A DNA stretch of 63,953 bases, counting the filler, from Folioceros fuciformis (Eukaryota): the NCBI GenBank assembly GCA_049999805.1. It is 5 parts of 4 records of this genome, joined end to end, with 100 filler letters (N's around TTAATTAATTAA, not from the genome) between each part and the next. Parts side by side here need not be neighbours in the genome. Positions count along the whole stretch, not along the records: positions 46,458 to 62,545 come from JBNGIO010006420.1; positions 62,646 to 63,953 come from JBNGIO010006511.1; 3 more parts are not named here. The stretch is one strand, 5' to 3'. The notes beneath the pieces were generated by a model, which was not told the origin of the DNA, did not search any database, and saw nothing but the letters and a program-made list of their open reading frames with translations. Below, in pieces: positions 60,247 through 63,953 of this stretch. Both the position numbers and the translations under genes were made by a program. Numbering within the stretch: position 1 is the stretch's first letter; every line of letters starts with the position of its first letter.

Positions 60247-61465
60247 TGTGGTGTTAAAATATGGTACCCAGGGGTACCGCGAGGTCCACGCAAGCCCTCT
60301 ATGTCGTTGTAGCTCTGGGATTCGATCCAAAGGGAATGATTTGTGTTAAACTACACAGGTTAGCTTCTAAAGTCAATTAGCACTTTAAGCTCGACTGACC
60401 CACGCACACACGTCCAATGCTCGGACCTTGCCAAGCCCCCTTACTTCCCCACCGGACGACCCCTCAACCACCCGGTCGTCCCAAGGGCTACCTTCCCCTA
60501 GACTACCCTTGGTTGCCCACCGGGCTACCTCTCGTGGGTCCCATTTTCTTTCTCTCTCTCTCTCTTAGTTCCCGCTCTCTAAGATTTTCTCTTCCACTGG
60601 GCCATCCCTACCCGACTGATTACCTCCCGCCCGCGCATTCTCTTTGGCGCTTCCCTTCCTTGGTTCACCACAAACTGTCTCACTCACTTCAGAAACAAGC
60701 GCACGCACACATGAACAGCAACAATCTGTTAGACGCCTTCCACCCGCGTGATCTTCCACCTTAGATACACCCCGGCGGTCTCCATTCAGTTTTTTTCACA
60801 GTCTCTCCGGTCTCATCGCGACCAGTCACTCATACACACCACATCTCGTGCACCCCACACATTACACACCTTGCCTCCGGGGTCGCCCCGGTTTTGTTCT
60901 CTCTTACCCCACCTCCTACTCGGCCACTCGCTTCTCCTCCTTCTCACACACACGCACGCCGAGCTCTCCTTTCTCTGGTTCTTCAATCTTCTTTCTCCGC
61001 GATGCCCCCTCCTGGGCTTCAATTAACATTGAGGAATGGTGAGGCATCCGAGCTAAGGGAAGGGAAGTCCCTTCCGCTCCGCACTCACGGATTCGGCTCT
61101 GACACCCACACCACCCCACGTGACCACCTCGAAGATAGCTGGGGAGCTTCTCTCCCACTCGGCGAGGCTCCTCCTCCTGATTCGTCCCCGGACCTGATCA
61201 CGGAGCGCCCACCATCAACACCCGCACCCCTAGTTACTAAGTGCGCTCACTTGCATGGACCTCCTGTCCAACAACGGCCATCGCTAGGTCCCTGCAAGGT
61301 CGACTGTTCGGCTGGTGCTTGCTGATTCCTTAGGCCTCCAAACCGGCCTCTTGTACACGGTGATGGCAGTTTTTCCGCCATAAAGTCTGTCAGACAGGGG
61401 AGCTGCGCTCTTAAATCCTGAGCGACTTAAGTCCAAGTAAAGCACGCTAAAAAAATCCTATTCTA
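60247..61465 (-). repeat. LTR-like terminal repeat of an unclassified element (copy B)
   Basis: Reverse complement of 60247-60375 matches 44350-44479 and 44505-44635; 61320-61465 matches 42960-43070. Confidence 0.7.
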
Positions 61466-61473
61466 GCGTGCAT

Positions 61474-62545
61474 TTACTGTCGCCGTTTTCCACGCCGTTG
61501 GCGGCTTCCTCCTGGCCTTCGCGTGTCGCCCCTTGCTGTTCCTCCTCTCGCTCTTCTGCCCCTCCGTTGGTCTGGCAGATCCTCCTAGAGGATCTCCACA
61601 TCACTGCTGCTACTGCTGGACCTGGCTGGCGGCGCAGGTGGGTCCCGCTGCTGTGGTCCACCACCCCTCCTCCTTCTCTGGTTGCTGAGGATAGCCACAG
61701 GCCCCTGTTCTACCCAGCGCTGGGCCTCCTCTTCCGTCAGTTCCTCCAAAACTGCCTCCGCATAACAATGGGGCAGTCCTGTCACCCACCATCTGTACTG
61801 GTAGAGTCCCAGGCGCGTCCTCAGCTGTAGGATGTAGCCCCGCGTCCCTCTTATGCCCATACGTACATACAGAAACAGCTTCAGAACTTTGGCCCCTTCT
61901 ACATACAGGCCTGGCACATAGGAGGCCTCCTCTTCATACTGCAGCACAATCCGACCTTCTGTCATAACAGAGGTGCTTACCCCGTCCTCCCTTGAGCTAC
62001 CTCGGGTTGCCTGCTCCCCCTCTTGCTGGGGTACCTGAAGGTTCTCTACCTGCCCTGCTTTTGCCCCCTCCGGCTCTATCCTCCTGGTACGGGTCACCCT
62101 CTTGGAGCGCCTAGGGGCAGGCGCCCCTACTGCTTCCTCCTTTGTTTCCAAGGTTGGTTCTTCCGCTATCCTGGGCCTTGCTGGGCCACTGGTAGCCCCA
62201 TCGGCTACCCGACTAGTTCGGTAGTCCCGTGGACTACCGAACTACCTGTAGTCCCCTCAACTACCGTTCCCCTGGTTCGGCTACCGGTAGCCCCTTCTGC
62301 TACCGGGGGCACCAACTGACTCGGTCGCCCAGCCTTGCTCTTCCCCTTCACTCTCTCTCTGGCCTCATCCCGCTCCCTCTTGTATTTGTCAGCCAACTTC
62401 TGAGCCTGCTCCACAGCGGCTATCTCCATCTCCTGTGCCCTAGCCATTTCCTGTTGCATTTCCAGGTTAGTCTCGTGAGCCTCCCTCACCTGAGCTAGCA
62501 GGGTCCCCTATTGCTCTTTCAGCGCCTGCACTTCAGCCCTCGCCT
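61474..62545 (-). pseudogene. C-terminal part of an accessory ORF (coiled coil plus unknown domain) abutting repeat copy B
   Basis: ORFs 62205-62489 (coiled coil) and 61585-62151 on the same strand, ending ~120 bp from the TGTACA boundary. Confidence 0.5.
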
Positions 62546-63953
62546 NNNNNNNNNNNNNNNNNNNNNNNNNNNNNNNNNNNNNNNNNNNNTTAATTAATTA
62601 ANNNNNNNNNNNNNNNNNNNNNNNNNNNNNNNNNNNNNNNNNNNNGAAACGTCTTTCAAGTGGCCTGCACACACGTTTTTTTCACATGCATGTGCTAATT
62701 GTCCGGTTTGGTTTTGGCCCTAAAACTTGCCTTCGCACCAAAGGGGACGCATAATCTGTATGTTTGTAAAAACACCTAGAGAGAGGGGGTGCGTCCCCTT
62801 TGGCATGCCATAGCTGGCCCTTAGTTGATTTAGGTCGGTTTTGGGCTATTGTTCTTGAAATGCACATCGTTTCTCTTCATTCATTGCATTTGGGTATGTT
62901 TGTTCACATCTTTTGGTAATCTTTTAACATATTGCATTGTAATGTCAATTGTAAGATGAAAGTTTGTGGATAAGTGATAGCGTAGCATTGTCTAAAACAT
63001 AATAGGTACAATAAACTTAAAAATGAATGCTACAATTTCATCCCCTTCTTAAACCTTGAACTCTTGTCTCTGAAGATTCTACTTTATTTGAGAAAAACAA
63101 GATGCAAAACCACCTATCCCAAAAGAGTTGAGGCAAACCATCATAGATAACTAGACCACTAGGAACTAGCTCTTCAAGCCACTCTTATCTCTAGAAAGTG
63201 TAAAGTAAGTCATAAGTATTTTATGTTTAATTATAAATATCATATAATTAAAATAACACTAAATTCAAGAGATAATAAATTATAAACCCTACCAAAAATA
63301 CTAGTTATAATAGTATTAGGATGATTTATAGGGAAATTATATTATATAATATATCAGTTTTGATGTTTAAAATATATATAACCAATATTCATATTTATAT
63401 TAAAATAAATTAGAGGACAAAAAAATATCATAAAAAAAGGTGAAAACTCAGTCACCCATAAAAAGAGAAGGAACAAGCCATTCCAGAGCATCGGAGAAGG
63501 GACTGAATACATACGTGTGCGTACTGTATAGCGGGCCACCTGAGGTTGATGTTGATATGCCACCCAAAAGTAGTACATACAGTATGTGCATGCCGGGACA
63601 TGAAGCGATCTACCCACGACGTGTGACGCTGAGCTGTCGTCTTCTTGTGTGACTTGGCCGTTTCGAAACTTCCACGCAGGAGACAAGCCGGCTGCAACAA
63701 GTCGCCAAATTGGGGGTCCAGTCTTCGGTCCGCAGCCGCGTGGTGGGCTAAACCGGCGCAATACCAGGATTGGGGCAAAACTGGCGAAACCCGACGTCGG
63801 GGCTGTCAGATCTGGGTACCTTATTCCACCCAATTTGGCACTTTGCCGTCGTTGGTGTAGGTGATTGCAGGCCGCATCACAGGGAAGGGAAGACAAGGAA
63901 AGGAAAAGGGGTAGATGCGGGGGGCGTGAAGAATTGGCACTTTTTGTGGAGCA

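Noticed and set aside
62646-63953. AT-rich block and 180-aa minus-strand ORF at the window end
   Set aside because: The ORF runs into low-complexity AT-rich DNA and has no motif; cannot be assigned

Overview
Eukaryotic land-plant DNA. The short introns, PLS-type PPR and EDR2-family gene suggest a compact seed-free plant genome; this is inference. The window is a concatenation of five contigs joined by artificial 44N-TTAATTAATTAA-44N linkers, so adjacency across linkers is unproven. It is dominated by seven distinct Ty1/copia LTR-retrotransposon families of one lineage, several nested. They share the Gag K/R-E/D-K/R-DR(F/L) motif and the W(Y/F)LD(S/T)GA protease; most also keep a C-x-W-C..GHW zinc knuckle, and three keep a tRNA-Met PBS. 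Also present: a decayed PIF/Harbinger transposon, a LINE fragment and an unclassified repeat family with a transposon-accessory coiled-coil ORF. A gene island holds an F-box/kelch-like C-terminus, an apparently intact ~23-exon PH-START-DUF1336 (EDR2-family) gene and a PPR pseudogene. The most notable signal is the accessory coding content of the copia elements: an extra ORF upstream of gag in five families, an apparently intact three-exon spliced antisense gene between pol and the 3' LTR of one element, a small antisense membrane-peptide ORF in another, and a conserved W-x-[EQ]-P-P motif in the integrase tail.
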